Shown: positions 1-10,047 of the stretch, one piece after another | Position numbering within the stretch: position 1 is the stretch's first letter | Layout: every line of letters begins with the position of its first letter | Assembly: GCA_965140785.1 (NCBI GenBank) | Contig: OZ223501.1 | Span: 1 to 47,160, forward strand | Source: an uncultured Ruficoccus sp. | Lineage (GTDB): Bacteria > Verrucomicrobiota > Verrucomicrobiia > Opitutales > Cerasicoccaceae | Length of the DNA stretch: 47,160 nt | Reading direction: 5' to 3' | Notes under the pieces: model-generated | What the model was told of the DNA's origin: nothing | The model's database searches: none | The model's input: only the letters and a program-made list of their open reading frames with translations | Translations under genes and position numbers: made by a program

Positions 1-268
1 GGCGGCAACGGCACAGCCGCTGCGTGGAGTAGTAGATGCCGGCGAACATCATGTTCCCCACGAAGGCGAAGATGGCCGCGTTGGTGTGCAGCGGGCGCAG
101 TCGGCCGAAAGTCAGGAACGAGGTGTCGAAGTTGAGTTGCCAGAAACTGAGCTGACAGGCGATAAACACACCGGCGGCCATTCCGACAATGCCCCAGACG
201 ATGGAGGCGATCATGAAGTAGCGGACGATCCGGTCGTTGTATTCTACGGTAGCGGTTTTCGCGGACAT
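1..268 (-). CDS. ccoN: cbb3-type cytochrome c oxidase subunit I, N-terminal part (runs off the window)
   Basis: Manual translation from ATG at 268: MSAKTATVEYNDRIVRYFMIASIVWGIVGMAAGVFIACQLSFWQLNFDTSFLTFGRLRPLHTNAAIFAFVGNMMFAGIYYSTQRLCR. FGRLRPLHTN is the CcoN signature. Absent from the ORF track because the stop lies outside the window. Confidence 0.95.
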   Translation of the reverse strand, partial: MSAKTATVEYNDRIVRYFMIASIVWGIVGMAAGVFIACQLSFWQLNFDTSFLTFGRLRPLHTNAAIFAFVGNMMFAGIYYSTQRLCRCR

Positions 269-511
269 GGTTTTAGGCAGAAACGGGAAAGGGGGAAGGT
301 TTAAGCCGTTGGGCGCGTCCTTTTCAGGCCTGCGCTGCTCGGCGGTAGCGGATTTTGGGTTGGCCGGGCGGGACTTCTCCTCCTCAAAGGGGATCAGCGC
401 ATCACGCTCGGGTGAGGCAAAGCGATTGCGAATCCGGTCACGATAAAACAACAGAATGAAAATCGCAGCCAGGATCAGGCTGAGTAAGAGGGTGAGGAAA
501 AGCACCTCCAT
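269..511 (-). CDS. ccoS: CcoS/FixS-like cbb3 oxidase maturation peptide; reads in frame into ccoN in this assembly
   Basis: ATG at 511 gives MEVLFLTLLLSLILAAIFILLFYRDRIRNRFASPERDALIPFEEEK: one N-terminal TM helix then F-x-S-P-E-R-D-A, directly upstream of ccoN. No in-frame stop before the ccoN ATG; an out-of-frame TAA lies at 301-303. Confidence 0.65.
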
Positions 512-768
512 GATTAAAAATGCTAATTGGGGAAAGTAATGAATAAAATGAGGGCGACAAGGAAAAAGGCCACAACTTTTTAACCGTTTTTATTATCCCC
601 GCATGCCTGCCGATGGCATCAGTAGCGGCCTTTAAACGATTCCGAATCTCAATTGTGGAGCCATTGGCCTTTGCCTTGGCTATAAGTTTTTCTAATCCGA
701 ATCCCGGATTTTCCTAATTGGCGGGCCTGGCGCCTTGCTCCGGGCTAACGGTTTGTCGTCAGGATGGA

Positions 769-1564
769 TTATTGTGGTTTGAGTGGGAGCCAGTCGAGGA
801 CCCGCTGGATCCACGCGTCCCAGAACTTCCATTCGTGGGTGCCGGGGCCCTCCTCGTAGGTCAGGGGGAGGCCGCTCACCTCGGCGTATTGGCGAAAGCG
901 CTGGTTACCCTCGTAGAGAAAGTCCTCGGTGCCGCAGCAGGCGTAAAGAGCGGGGAGGCCGGTGCCGTTCTGGAGGGCACGGTCGATGAGCGAGTAGAGG
1001 TCGGCGTCGGTCCCGGCAATCGCTTTGGGGTTGGGGAAGGCCGCCCGGATGTCGGCAGAAGGAGGATTGCCCTCGGCGGCACTGGCGGAGATACGTCCGG
1101 GCAAGTCGAGGACGCCGGAGAGGCTGGCGGCAGCGGCGAAGTTTTCCGGGTGGCGCAGCGCGTGCAAAAAGGCTCCGTAGCCGCCCATGGACAGCCCGGC
1201 GATGAAGTTGTCTTCGCGCTTGTCCGAGAGCGGGAAAAAGTCGCGACAGAGCCGGGGTAGCTCCTCGGAGAGGTAGGTGAAGTAGCGCGGTCCCGCGGGC
1301 ATATCCTGATACCAGCTCAGGTGGACATTGGGCATGACCACGGCCAGGCCAAGTTCGGCCACGTAGCGCTCGATCGAGGTGCGGCGCATCCAGATCGTGT
1401 GGTCGTCGGTGCGCCCGTGCAGCAGCCACAGCACGGGGTGCTTACCCCTCGCGGGTGCGCCTCCGCATACCTATCTGGGCCTCGGTTTGCTGGGGGAGGA
1501 TGACGCTGACGGCGCTGGACATTTCGAGCGCCTCGGAGAAAAAACTGCACTGGATGAAGGCCAT
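769..1564 (-). CDS. Alpha/beta-hydrolase esterase (tributyrin esterase / S-formylglutathione hydrolase-like), one frameshift near 1450-1466
   Basis: GLSMGG nucleophile elbow, CGTEDFL and GTHEW triad motifs, LLHG...W.RRTSIERY. The N-terminus [25 protein letters not shown] starts at 1564 in another frame; the 796-nt span implies one extra base. Confidence 0.88.
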
Positions 1565-1602
1565 GGCGTATTCAGTGCCGATAGCGCCCGACAGGCAAAA
1601 CG

Positions 1603-1631
1603 AAAAAAGCCCTTCCGCGGGGGGAAGGGCT
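1603..1631 (-). terminator. Rho-independent terminator of the small basic protein gene
   Basis: Stem AGCCCTTCC/GGAAGGGCT, followed by a T-run on the minus strand. Confidence 0.75.
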
Positions 1632-1657
1632 CAGTCAAAGTCAATAAAGGGTGCTGC

Positions 1658-1816
<159 letters not shown>

Positions 1817-1906
1817 GACTGGTCTTTCGTTGAAAAAAGAGGAGGACAAAAACATTTCCGGCGGTAAACGCAACTGAAAAATGCGGAATATTGTCGAGCG
1901 AGCGGG

Positions 1907-2224
1907 TTATTGGGTGATGTCTTCGACCCATTTCAGGTACTCGGGAGTCACGACGGAGACAGGCACAGCGACCCACTGGAAGACCTCGTAGGGGTGATTC
2001 TGGCGCAGCCATTCGATGACATCGTTACCGCGCTCCTGGGGGAACTTGACCGTGAGTTTGAACTCCGGCTGTACCTCATCGTTGCCCTTCCAGTGGTAGT
2101 GGGACATGACCGGCCCCTCGACCTGGACGCAGGCGGCGATGCGTGCACGGGTCAGTCCTTCGGCCAGGCGGCGGGCGTCGACATCGTTGGGGGCGGTGGT
2201 CCAGCCAATCATCAGTTGTTTCAT
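1907..2224 (-). CDS. cutA: Divalent-cation tolerance protein CutA
   Basis: AACVQ...SHYHWKG...HPYEV motifs, 105 aa. Confidence 0.92.
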   Translation of the reverse strand: MKQLMIGWTTAPNDVDARRLAEGLTRARIAACVQVEGPVMSHYHWKGNDEVQPEFKLTVKFPQERGNDVIEWLRQNHPYEVFQWVAVPVSVVTPEYLKWVEDITQ

Positions 2225-2321
2225 AACTTAGGCTTGGTATAGAGGTTCCGTTCTTAAAGCACACGAAAAAAGTTTCGGGGCCCTGAATGGGGCGGGCTGC
2301 GGGAGGGGGGTGAGATTTTGC

Positions 2322-2350
2322 TTGCGCAGCGGCAAAAGCTGGCTCATTTT
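2322..2350 (+). promoter_or_regulatory. Putative sigma70 promoter of rpoZ-smpB
   Basis: TTGCGC-N17-CATTTT upstream of the rpoZ start. Confidence 0.4.
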
Positions 2351-2393
2351 CTTCCGCTTTTTCCCCAGTCAGGTACCAACAGGAGGATAAACT

Positions 2394-2606
2394 TTGAGAG
2401 ACGAATACTTAATTGAGGCGCAGAAGGTCATCGACGACCCAAATATTCTGATCAACGTGGTCTCGCGCCGCGTCAAGCAGCTCAAGTACGGGATGAAGCC
2501 TCTGGTCGAGTCCCTCGAAAAACTTGAACCCGAGGACATCGCCCTGCGCGAAGTCATCGAGGGCAAGATCGACTACGAACTCTACCGCCCCGAGAACGAG
2601 GCCTGA
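2394..2606 (+). CDS. rpoZ: RNA polymerase omega subunit
   Basis: LINVVSRRVKQL...IALREVIEGKI pattern; TTG start preceded by AGGAGG. Confidence 0.9.
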   Translation: MRDEYLIEAQKVIDDPNILINVVSRRVKQLKYGMKPLVESLEKLEPEDIALREVIEGKIDYELYRPENEA

Positions 2607-2692
2607 GGCGGGCCACGGTGGCCTGTTTTTAGCGAAACCTTCCGCCAGGGCGACCTGGGTGAAGGGGGCCTCCGTTTTACCGACTCGCCCCC

Positions 2693-3169
2693 ATGGCTGC
2701 CAAAAAGAAAGATACCGAGCGTTACCGCGAAATCCGCAACTCCAAGGCGGGTCGCAACTACTTTATCGGTGAGAAGTTCGAGGCCGGGATCAAGCTGACC
2801 GGCACCGAGGTCAAGTCCCTGCGTGCGGGCAAAGGGCAGATCAACGACTCGTTTGTTCGTATCGACAAGGGCGACGTGCCCACGCTCTACCACGCGTACA
2901 TCCTCGAGTACGAGTTTGGCAACCGCGAGAACCACAATCCGACCCGCCCGCGTGTGCTCCTGCTGCACACCAAGGAGATCGAGCGTCTCAAGCACGAGAT
3001 GGAGGCCGGGGGACAGGCGCTGGTTCCGCTGCGGTTGTACTTCAAGGGTGGCCTGGTCAAGGCCGAGATCGCCCTGTGCAAGGGCAAGAAGCTCTTCGAC
3101 AAGCGAGAAGACGTTAAGAAAAAAGACCAGATGCGCGAGGCCCAGCGCGCCATCAGTTTCCGCCGCTAG
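2693..3169 (+). CDS. smpB: SsrA-binding protein
   Basis: EAGIKLTGTEVKSLR, RPRVLLLH and GKKLFDKRE motifs. Confidence 0.97.
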   Translation: MAAKKKDTERYREIRNSKAGRNYFIGEKFEAGIKLTGTEVKSLRAGKGQINDSFVRIDKGDVPTLYHAYILEYEFGNRENHNPTRPRVLLLHTKEIERLKHEMEAGGQALVPLRLYFKGGLVKAEIALCKGKKLFDKREDVKKKDQMREAQRAISFRR

Positions 3170-3463
3170 AGCAGGGGCAGCCCTGTCCCGTCATGCTGCG
3201 AATTACAGCTTACCCCGCCAACGCGGTGGAATGGGCAAAAACGGCGCCGCCGCCTCAAATGGACGTCGTGCGTCCCTTTTGACCGGGGTGCGAATGATTG
3301 ACTATTACCCACCTGGTCTAATCCGTGCTCCTGCCCCTCACGCAGAGCGTATTGCCCGAAGGCCGGGAGCAGTCGGACCTCGATCTTGAAGGGCTGCATG
3401 TGCGAGGGACTTACTCTGCAAAAGTTTTTGCCAAACGCAGCGCACGTTTCTAAATGAATGCGC

Positions 3464-4201
3464 ATGGTGCAGAATATTTACGACGACCCGGTTTTTTTTG
3501 ACGGTACATGGAGCTGCGCAAGACCGAGTCGGGGCTCAATTGCGGCTTTGGAGGAGCCTGCCATGGCCGGGTTACTGCCCACGCTGAAGGGGCTCGATGT
3601 GCTGGACCTTGGCTGTGGATTCGGGAAATTTGCGGCGTATTGTCTGGAGCAGGGGGCGGTGTCGGTACAGGGGGTTGATGTGTCGGCAAACATGCTCGCT
3701 GAGGCCCGTCGGCGGGTCACGGACGCACGGGCGCGCTTTACGCGTCAGCCCTTGGAGGAGTTGGAGGTGGCCGTGGATTCCGTCGATCTGGTCACGGCTT
3801 CGCTCTGCCTGCACTACGTCAAGGAGATCAATCCGGTCTTTGAAAAGGTCGTTCGAGCGCTGCGTCCGGGGGGGAGCTTTGTCTTTTCGGTCGAGCACCC
3901 GATGTGCACGGCCCACTACCGGCAGGAGTGGGTGACGGATGCCGCAGGCAAGCGCCTGCACTGGCCGGTCGATAACTACGGCAGGGAGTCGATTCGGGCG
4001 ACCTCGTGGTTTGTTGACGGCGTCCTCAAGTATCACCGTACGGTGGAGACCTATGTTAACGCGCTGCTTGATGCTGGGCTGCGTTTGCGTCGTTTACTGG
4101 AGCCGGAGCCCACAGCGGCGGCGATTGCCGAGCGTCCAGACCTGATCGACCAGTGCCGCCGTCCGCCATTTCTTTTGTTGGCGTCGGATAAGCCCGATTG
4201 A
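3464..4201 (+). CDS. Class I SAM-dependent methyltransferase; two compensating indels at about 3504 and 3541
   Basis: VLDLGCGFG motif I, LRPGGSFVFSVEHP, KYHRT. The family-like YMELRKTESGLN segment lies in a shifted frame between 3505 and 3540. Confidence 0.9.
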   Translation: MVQNIYDDPVFFDGTWSCARPSRGSIAALEEPAMAGLLPTLKGLDVLDLGCGFGKFAAYCLEQGAVSVQGVDVSANMLAEARRRVTDARARFTRQPLEELEVAVDSVDLVTASLCLHYVKEINPVFEKVVRALRPGGSFVFSVEHPMCTAHYRQEWVTDAAGKRLHWPVDNYGRESIRATSWFVDGVLKYHRTVETYVNALLDAGLRLRRLLEPEPTAAAIAERPDLIDQCRRPPFLLLASDKPD

Positions 4202-4233
4202 GGAGCGGACGCCTGTCTCGGCTTCCGGCGACC

Positions 4234-4267
4234 CTTCAAACTCTCGAACCCGAATCGCTCAAACTTT
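4234..4267. repeat. Degenerate octamer (CTCAAACT/TTCAAACT) tandem array
   Basis: CTTCAAACTCTCGAACCCGAATCGCTCAAACTTT; its reverse complement closely matches 39971-40011. Confidence 0.6.
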
Positions 4268-4273
4268 TCCCGA

Positions 4274-4736
4274 ATGTTGCATATCGTCTTGTTTCAGCCG
4301 GGAAATCCCGCAGAACACGGGTAACATCGGTCGCTTGTGTGCGATTACACAGAGTCGCTTGCACCTGATCCATCCGCTCGCTTTACCATCACTGATCGGC
4401 ACCTCAAGCGCAGCGGTATGGACTACTGGTACTCGCTCGATGTGCACCACCACGCCGACTGGGCGGCGTTCCGGGCCAGTGAGCAGGCGCCGAAGCGCCT
4501 CTGGCTGTTTACCACCAAGGCGACGCAGGTGTTCTGGGATGCGGAGTTCGCGGACGGGGACGGGCTGGTCTTCGGGAACGAGGGGCATGGCAGCCCGGAC
4601 TGGCTGCACGAAGAGGTCAGCGACGCCCACCGCGTGACACTCCCTCAGTACAACCCCGAGTTGCGTTCGCCTCAATCTGTCCACCGCGGTGGGGATAGCC
4701 GCCTACGAGGCACTCCGGCAGTTTCGGATGGGGTAA
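4274..4736 (+). CDS. trmL: tRNA (cytidine/uridine-34 2'-O)-methyltransferase TrmL, broken by three single-base indels
   Basis: Pieces in different frames: MLHIVLFQP / EIPQNTGNIGRLCA...LHLIHPL / FTITDRHLKRSGMDYW...VFGNEGHG...LRS / LNLSTAVGIAAYEALRQFRMG*. Indels near 4300, 4380 and 4670. Confidence 0.92.
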
Positions 4737-4786
4737 TGACCGCCTCTGAACAGTGGAGATAAGGTTTTTTAAGAACCAAACAATTC

Positions 4787-6234
4787 TCAAAGTCCGAGGC
4801 CGGGGGGCAGGCCTTTACCACCACCTCCGCCGCCGAGACCGGGGGGGAGCCCCTTGCCGCCACCGAGGCCGGAGAGGTCGGGCATGCCGCCTTTGCCGCC
4901 GTCCATACCGCCAAGGCCACCCATGCCGCCCATCTTTTTCATCATCTTGCGGCTTTTTTACCGCGCATCATCTTCATCATTTTGCGCATCTGGCCGAACT
5001 GCTTGATGAGCTGGTTAACGTCGCGCACCTGGGTGCCGGAGCCGTCGGCAATACGTTTGCGGCGGCTGGCGTTGAGAATCATCGGTTTGCGGCGCTCCTG
5101 CACGGTCATGGACAGGATGATGGCCTCGGTCTGCTGGAGCTTGTTCTCCTCGCTGTCGCCGATCTCGACGCCGCTCATGCCGGGCATCATCTTCATCAGC
5201 GAGCCGATGGAGCCCATCTTTTTGACCTGGCGCATCTGCGCGAGGAAGTCCTCGAAGTCGAACTCGGCGCGCTGCATCTTTTCGGCCAGCCGCTGGGCCT
5301 CCTTCTCGTCGATGGTTTCCTGCGCCTTTTCGACGAGCGAGACGACGTCGCCCATCCCGAGGATGCGCTGGGCCAGCCTGTCGGCGTGAAAGATCTCGAA
5401 GTCGTCCATCTTCTCGCCCGTACCCATGAACTTGATGGGCACGCCGGTGATGGTCTTCATGGACAGGGCCGCGCCCCCGCGGGCGTCGCCGTCGAGCTTG
5501 GTCAGGACGATACCGGTCAGGTTGACGGCCTCGTGGAAGTGCTGGGCGACGTTGACGGCCTCCTGGCCGAGCGCGGCGTCGGCCACCAGCAGGACCTCGT
5601 CGGGCACGATTTTGTCGCGCAGCTTTTTGATCTCGTCGATCAGATCGTGGTCGATCTGGAGCCGCCCGGCGGTGTCAAAGATGATGAGGTTGGCATCCTT
5701 GTCCTTGGCCCACTCCATACCGGCGCGACCGATCTTCGGCACGTCCTTGGAGTTGCGGTCGGTGTAGCACGGAAAATTCTCCTGCTTGCAGAGTGTTTCG
5801 AGCTGGTCGATGGCGGCGGGGCGGTAAATATCGCAGCCGACCAGCGCGGGCTTGTAGCCCTCCTTGGCCAGGCGCTTGGCGAGCTTGGCCGAGGTGGTGG
5901 TCTTACCGGAGCCGTGGAGGCCGACCAGCATGATGCGCAGCGGTTTTTTCTCGGTCAGCTTGCCCGCGCCCTCGCCGAGGAGCTTGACCAGTTCGTCGTT
6001 GATGATTTTGACGATCTGCTGGCCGGGGGTGACGGAGGCGAGCACCTCCTGGCCGAGCGCGGCGGCTTTGACATCCTCGGTGAACTGCCGGGCGACCTTG
6101 AAGTGCACGTCGGCCGAAAGCAGGGCCGTGCGCACCTCCTTGAGGGCGTCGGCCATGTTTTCTTCGGTCAGTTTGCCGATGCCGCGCAGGTTGCGCAGAG
6201 CCTTCGACATGCGGTCAGTCAGGTTTTCGAGCAT
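4787..6234 (-). CDS. ffh: Signal recognition particle protein Ffh; one frameshift near 4953 hides a Gly-rich C-terminal tail
   Basis: [29 protein letters not shown] and an M-domain ([11 protein letters not shown]). Start at MLENLTDRM (6234). Adding one base gives ...[53 protein letters not shown] ending at 4787. Confidence 0.96.
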
Positions 6235-6326
6235 GAACCCCTCAGGGTAGAGCTCTTGCGCCGCCTGCAAAGGGAAAAATGCGCCCCGGCGCGAAACTTT
6301 CTGCCAACGGGCGGGTTTCACCAGGC

Positions 6327-6914
6327 ATGTTCCACCCCCTCAAAACTCACCTCCCTGCCTTCCTGGCCTTACTGGCGCTGGGAAGTCCCCTCTGTCTGCG
6401 TGCTGCTGATGGCAGCGAAAACACCGCTTCCTACGTAAAGGCCCATATCGACGGCTACGACGGCAAGGCCGTATCCCTCGATGTAGCCGCCGTCCGTCTG
6501 ATGCGGCCCTTTACCACCGATGAGAGTTTCGTGGTCCTGGGTGTCGGGACCTGGGACGACGAAAATAACTCCCCGGGCGGCAAAATCCTCGCCATTGCGA
6601 ACAAGGACGAGAAAGACAAGCTCGTTCACCGCTACGGGACCACCGTTGAGCGGGATAGGCGCGAACTCGAGACCAAGTCCCTGCGCGGCACCGTTCATCT
6701 GGTCGATGTCGAGGGCTTCCCGCCCTTTATCTATCTGGACCTGACGGACGGGGCGTTCACGCCGACTGCGGTGCAGCTCCGGGAGCTGGCCGGGGTTGGA
6801 GACGGGCCCGAAGGACGCCGCGGTCCGCCCCGACGCGGCCCCGGAGGCCCGGATAGACAGGGTCAAGGGGGCGCTTCCCCCGTAGACAGTGACGGCGGCA
6901 TGCTGCCGTACTGA
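6327..6914 (+). CDS. Hypothetical secreted protein
   Basis: Signal peptide [26 protein letters not shown], globular core and Gly/Pro/Arg-rich tail; followed by a terminator. Confidence 0.7.
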   Translation: MFHPLKTHLPAFLALLALGSPLCLRAADGSENTASYVKAHIDGYDGKAVSLDVAAVRLMRPFTTDESFVVLGVGTWDDENNSPGGKILAIANKDEKDKLVHRYGTTVERDRRELETKSLRGTVHLVDVEGFPPFIYLDLTDGAFTPTAVQLRELAGVGDGPEGRRGPPRRGPGGPDRQGQGGASPVDSDGGMLPY

Positions 6915-6964
6915 TCGTGCGCCACAGATGCGAATTTCCTGGCGCCGATAGCGCCAGAGAATAA

Positions 6965-6995
6965 GAAAACCCCGGTCGCACGCGCCGGGGTTTTC
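6965..6995. terminator. Bidirectional intrinsic terminator between convergent genes
   Basis: GAAAACCCCGG-N9-CCGGGGTTTTC. Confidence 0.75.
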
Positions 6996-7023
6996 ATGTT
7001 GGTGAAATAAACTGTGCGTGGCT

Positions 7024-7602
7024 TTAGCCTCGACGCTTGCGCAGGAGGAAGACCAGACCGAGTGTAAGCAATCCGGTGGCAACCGCGTACGTGGCAGGCT
7101 CGGGGACGCTGGTTTCGTTCGTGTAGACGTTGTAACTGCTGATACTGGTTGAGCCTTGGTCCGCGCCGTCGATAAACTTAAAGAGCGCTAATTCGTAGTC
7201 GTAGAAGGAAACCTCGTAGGTCGTTCCCTCGGCCGAACCTCTTTGAAGATGGAGTCGATCATTATAGAAAGATATAATGACGTCATCGGATTTAAAATCG
7301 AAAGAGAAGGGCACATCGTCGCTGGTACGTGCAACGCCGCCAATGCTTTCAACTTGGCTATCGACGAGGATGCTATCTGAAAACAGGGCAGTCTCACCGT
7401 CGTTTACCGTCACGGAGAGGTTCGTCAGCGAATCAAGGTAGCCGCTGGTTGTACTATCGGTTTCCCAGGAAATGACAATGGAGTCGATGCTGGTTCCACC
7501 AATGCTTACGCTACCAAAGCTAAAGGTCGTTTGGTAAACGGCTGCGTTAAGCGAGGCAGTCCCCAGAAGCAGGGCGAGGGGGAATAGAATTTTTTCAATC
7601 AT
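7024..7602 (-). CDS. PEP-CTERM sorting-domain protein
   Basis: Signal peptide, Ser/Thr/Asp-rich body and C-terminal VPEPATYAVATGLLTLGLVFLLRKRRG. Visibly more AT-rich than its neighbours. Confidence 0.92.
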   Translation of the reverse strand: MIEKILFPLALLLGTASLNAAVYQTTFSFGSVSIGGTSIDSIVISWETDSTTSGYLDSLTNLSVTVNDGETALFSDSILVDSQVESIGGVARTSDDVPFSFDFKSDDVIISFYNDRLHLQRGSAEGTTYEVSFYDYELALFKFIDGADQGSTSISSYNVYTNETSVPEPATYAVATGLLTLGLVFLLRKRRG

Positions 7603-7638
7603 TTATTAAAATAGGTTTATAGGGGTATAAGTTATATT

Positions 7639-7666
7639 AGTATAGGTTTTTTAAGCGGGTTGGCAA
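7639..7666 (-). promoter_or_regulatory. Putative sigma70 promoter of the PEP-CTERM gene
   Basis: TTGCCA-N16-TATACT on the minus strand in an AT-rich spacer. Confidence 0.55.
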
Positions 7667-7797
7667 GCCTGGTCTTTGTCGTCGGGGGCAGGTGTCCATC
7701 GTAAAGGACAAGAGCGCCCTTTGTACGCCTATTCTTTCCGGATGGGCGATCCGGGGTTGCATTTTATTGTCGTGGTGATTAACACCGCTCCTTTGCC

Positions 7798-9402
7798 ATG
7801 AAAATTCTGGTCGCAGACAAAATATCGCCCATCGGGGTCGAGTACTTGAAACAACAGGAGGGCTGCGAAGTGGTCGTAGCCTGGGAAGCCATCGCGGATT
7901 GGAAGGCCGCGCCCGAGCAGGTCAAGCAGCTCATCGGGGACGTTGACGGCGTCGCCGTCCGCTCCGAAACGAAAATTTCCGCCGACATCATTGCCGCCGC
8001 GCCCAAGCTTAAAGTCGTGGGCCGCGCCGGTGTCGGAGTGGACAACATCGACATCGAGGCCGCCACCGAGCGCGGCATCATCGTCATGAACACCCCCGGC
8101 GGCAACACCATCGCCACCGCTGAGCTGACCTTCACGCACATGCTCTGCGGCACGCGCCCGATCGCGCAGGCCTGCGCCTCCATGCGTGCGGGCCGTTGGG
8201 ACCGTAAGCTGTTCAGCGGCTACGAGCTCAACGGCAAGACCCTCGGCATCTGCGGCCTGGGCCGCATCGGCGCCGAGGTGGCCAAACGCGCCCTGGCCTT
8301 TAACATGACCGTTCTGGCCTACGACCCGTACCTGACGGAGTCCCGTGCCGACGCTCTGGGCATCAAGAAGGTCCAGCTCGACGATGTCTTTAGGCAGGCA
8401 GACTACATCACGGTGCACATGCCGCTGACCGCCGACACCAAGCACATGATCGACGAGGCCGCCTTCGCCAAGATGAAGGACGGCGTGCGCGTCTTCAATG
8501 TCGCCCGTGGCGGCATCATCAAGGAGTCCGCGTTGGCCGAGGCCGTCAAGAGCGGCAAGGTCGCCGCCGCCGGGCTCGACGTTTACGAGGACGAGCCCCT
8601 GGGCGGGGACAGCGAGCTGCGCGGCCTTGAAAAGGTCGTGCTCACGCCGCACCTGGGTGCCTCCACCAAGGAAGCGCAGGAAAGCGTCGGCGTCGAGATC
8701 GCCCACCAGATTCACGAAGCCCTGACCGGACAGATGGTCCGCAACGCTATTAACATGCCCTCCGTCGATCCCAAAAGCCTCGAAGTGCTCAGCCCGTACC
8801 TCACTCTGGGGCAGGCGCTCGGCAGCTTCGTCCAGCAACTGGCTCCGGACAACGTCGAGAAGCTGCGCATTACCTACACCGGCAAGATTACTTCGCTGGA
8901 CACGCTGCCGCTCGACCGCTCCGTCCTGCGCGGTTTCATGCGCAAGATTTCTGATCACGTCAACGACGTCAACGCTCCCAAAAAACTCCAGGAGCTGGGT
9001 ATCGAGCTGGAGACTGTCAAGAGCAACCAGGAAGGTGAATACACCGAGCTGGTCGAGGTTCAGGCCGTCTGCTCGGACGGCAAGACCCGCACCGCCTCCG
9101 GCACGCTCTTTGGCAAGGTGCAGAGCCCGCGCATCGTCAGCATCGACGACCATGGCGTGGAGGTGAACACCAAGGGTATCCTGCTCGTCTTTAAAAACAA
9201 GGACGTGCCCGGCATCGTCGGCTTCCTCGGGACCGAGTTGGGCAAGGACGGCGTCAACATTGCCAACATGTCCATGAGCCGCGACAGCGGCGAGGGCTGG
9301 GCGATCAGCGTCTTCGAGCTCGACAGCGTGCCCTCCGAAAAGGCGCAGGCCGAGATCATCAAGCACGAGGCCATCCTGAAGTTCCGCATCATCGAGCTGT
9401 AG
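7798..9402 (+). CDS. serA: D-3-phosphoglycerate dehydrogenase (long form with ACT domain)
   Basis: GRAGVGVDNID, NTPGGNTIATAE, GLGRIG, NVARGG, TPHLGASTKEAQ, and ACT-domain D.PG.VG.LG..LG...VNIA. Confidence 0.96.
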   Translation: MKILVADKISPIGVEYLKQQEGCEVVVAWEAIADWKAAPEQVKQLIGDVDGVAVRSETKISADIIAAAPKLKVVGRAGVGVDNIDIEAATERGIIVMNTPGGNTIATAELTFTHMLCGTRPIAQACASMRAGRWDRKLFSGYELNGKTLGICGLGRIGAEVAKRALAFNMTVLAYDPYLTESRADALGIKKVQLDDVFRQADYITVHMPLTADTKHMIDEAAFAKMKDGVRVFNVARGGIIKESALAEAVKSGKVAAAGLDVYEDEPLGGDSELRGLEKVVLTPHLGASTKEAQESVGVEIAHQIHEALTGQMVRNAINMPSVDPKSLEVLSPYLTLGQALGSFVQQLAPDNVEKLRITYTGKITSLDTLPLDRSVLRGFMRKISDHVNDVNAPKKLQELGIELETVKSNQEGEYTELVEVQAVCSDGKTRTASGTLFGKVQSPRIVSIDDHGVEVNTKGILLVFKNKDVPGIVGFLGTELGKDGVNIANMSMSRDSGEGWAISVFELDSVPSEKAQAEIIKHEAILKFRIIEL

Positions 9403-9436
9403 TCCTTTTTCGGATACAGCCTAAACCCCAGCAACC

Positions 9437-10045
9437 ATGCCCAACCTGATCGAAATCGTCGGTGTGGCCCTCGTCGGCTACCTCATCGGCTCGGTGTCCT
9501 TTGCCGTAATCATCGCGCGGCGCATGGGCGTCGATATTCTCCGGGAGGGCAGCGGCAACCCCGGCGCGACCAACGTCAAGCGCGTGCTGGGCAAGCGGGC
9601 GGGCAACCTGTGCTTTGCTCTGGACTTCCTCAAGGGGCTGGTGGCCGCTGGTTGGCCGATGCTGCCCTTTGTCGGGGCGAGCGAGCCCGTCCACCTCGGC
9701 ATCATCGGGCTCATCGCAGCCATCCTCGGGCATAGCTTCTCGCTCTTCCTCGGGTTCAAGGGCGGCAAGGGCGTCGCCACCACCATGGGCGGCCTGCTCG
9801 CGCTAGCCCCGCTAGTGCTGCTGCTCGGGCTTGTCACGTGGGTGGTCATCTTCTACACCACCCGCTACGTCTCGCTGGCCTCGCTTGCCTTTGGCGTCGC
9901 GCTGCCGGTCTTCGGGATGTTCTTCGTCGCCGACACGTGGCTGATGATCTTTCTCGTCGCCCTGGCCGTGCTCATCATTGTGCGCCACCGCTCGAACATT
10001 CAGCGCCTGCTCAACGGCACCGAAAACCGCTTCGCGAAGAAGTGA
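9437..10045 (+). CDS. plsY: Glycerol-3-phosphate acyltransferase PlsY
   Basis: GSGNPGATN, FKGGKGVAT and RHRSNIQRL motifs. Confidence 0.96.
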   Translation: MPNLIEIVGVALVGYLIGSVSFAVIIARRMGVDILREGSGNPGATNVKRVLGKRAGNLCFALDFLKGLVAAGWPMLPFVGASEPVHLGIIGLIAAILGHSFSLFLGFKGGKGVATTMGGLLALAPLVLLLGLVTWVVIFYTTRYVSLASLAFGVALPVFGMFFVADTWLMIFLVALAVLIIVRHRSNIQRLLNGTENRFAKK

Positions 10046-10047
10046 AT

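Noticed and set aside
512..768. FNR/Crp box upstream of the cco genes
   Set aside because: No TTGAT-N4-ATCAA; only short repeats (CTAATTGG, TCCGAATC) that may be chance.
3166..3399. Small minus-strand ORF (MQPFKIEVRLL...) and the palindrome GCAAAA-GT-TTTTGC at 3418-3431, which also resembles a sigma54 site
   Set aside because: No recognisable family; GG-GC spacing is 11 rather than 10; the region is indel-prone. I cannot support a call.
3170..3457. Possible tmRNA (ssrA) downstream of smpB
   Set aside because: No tRNA-Ala-like 5' end with a matching T-arm and CCA 3' end, and no tag reading frame.
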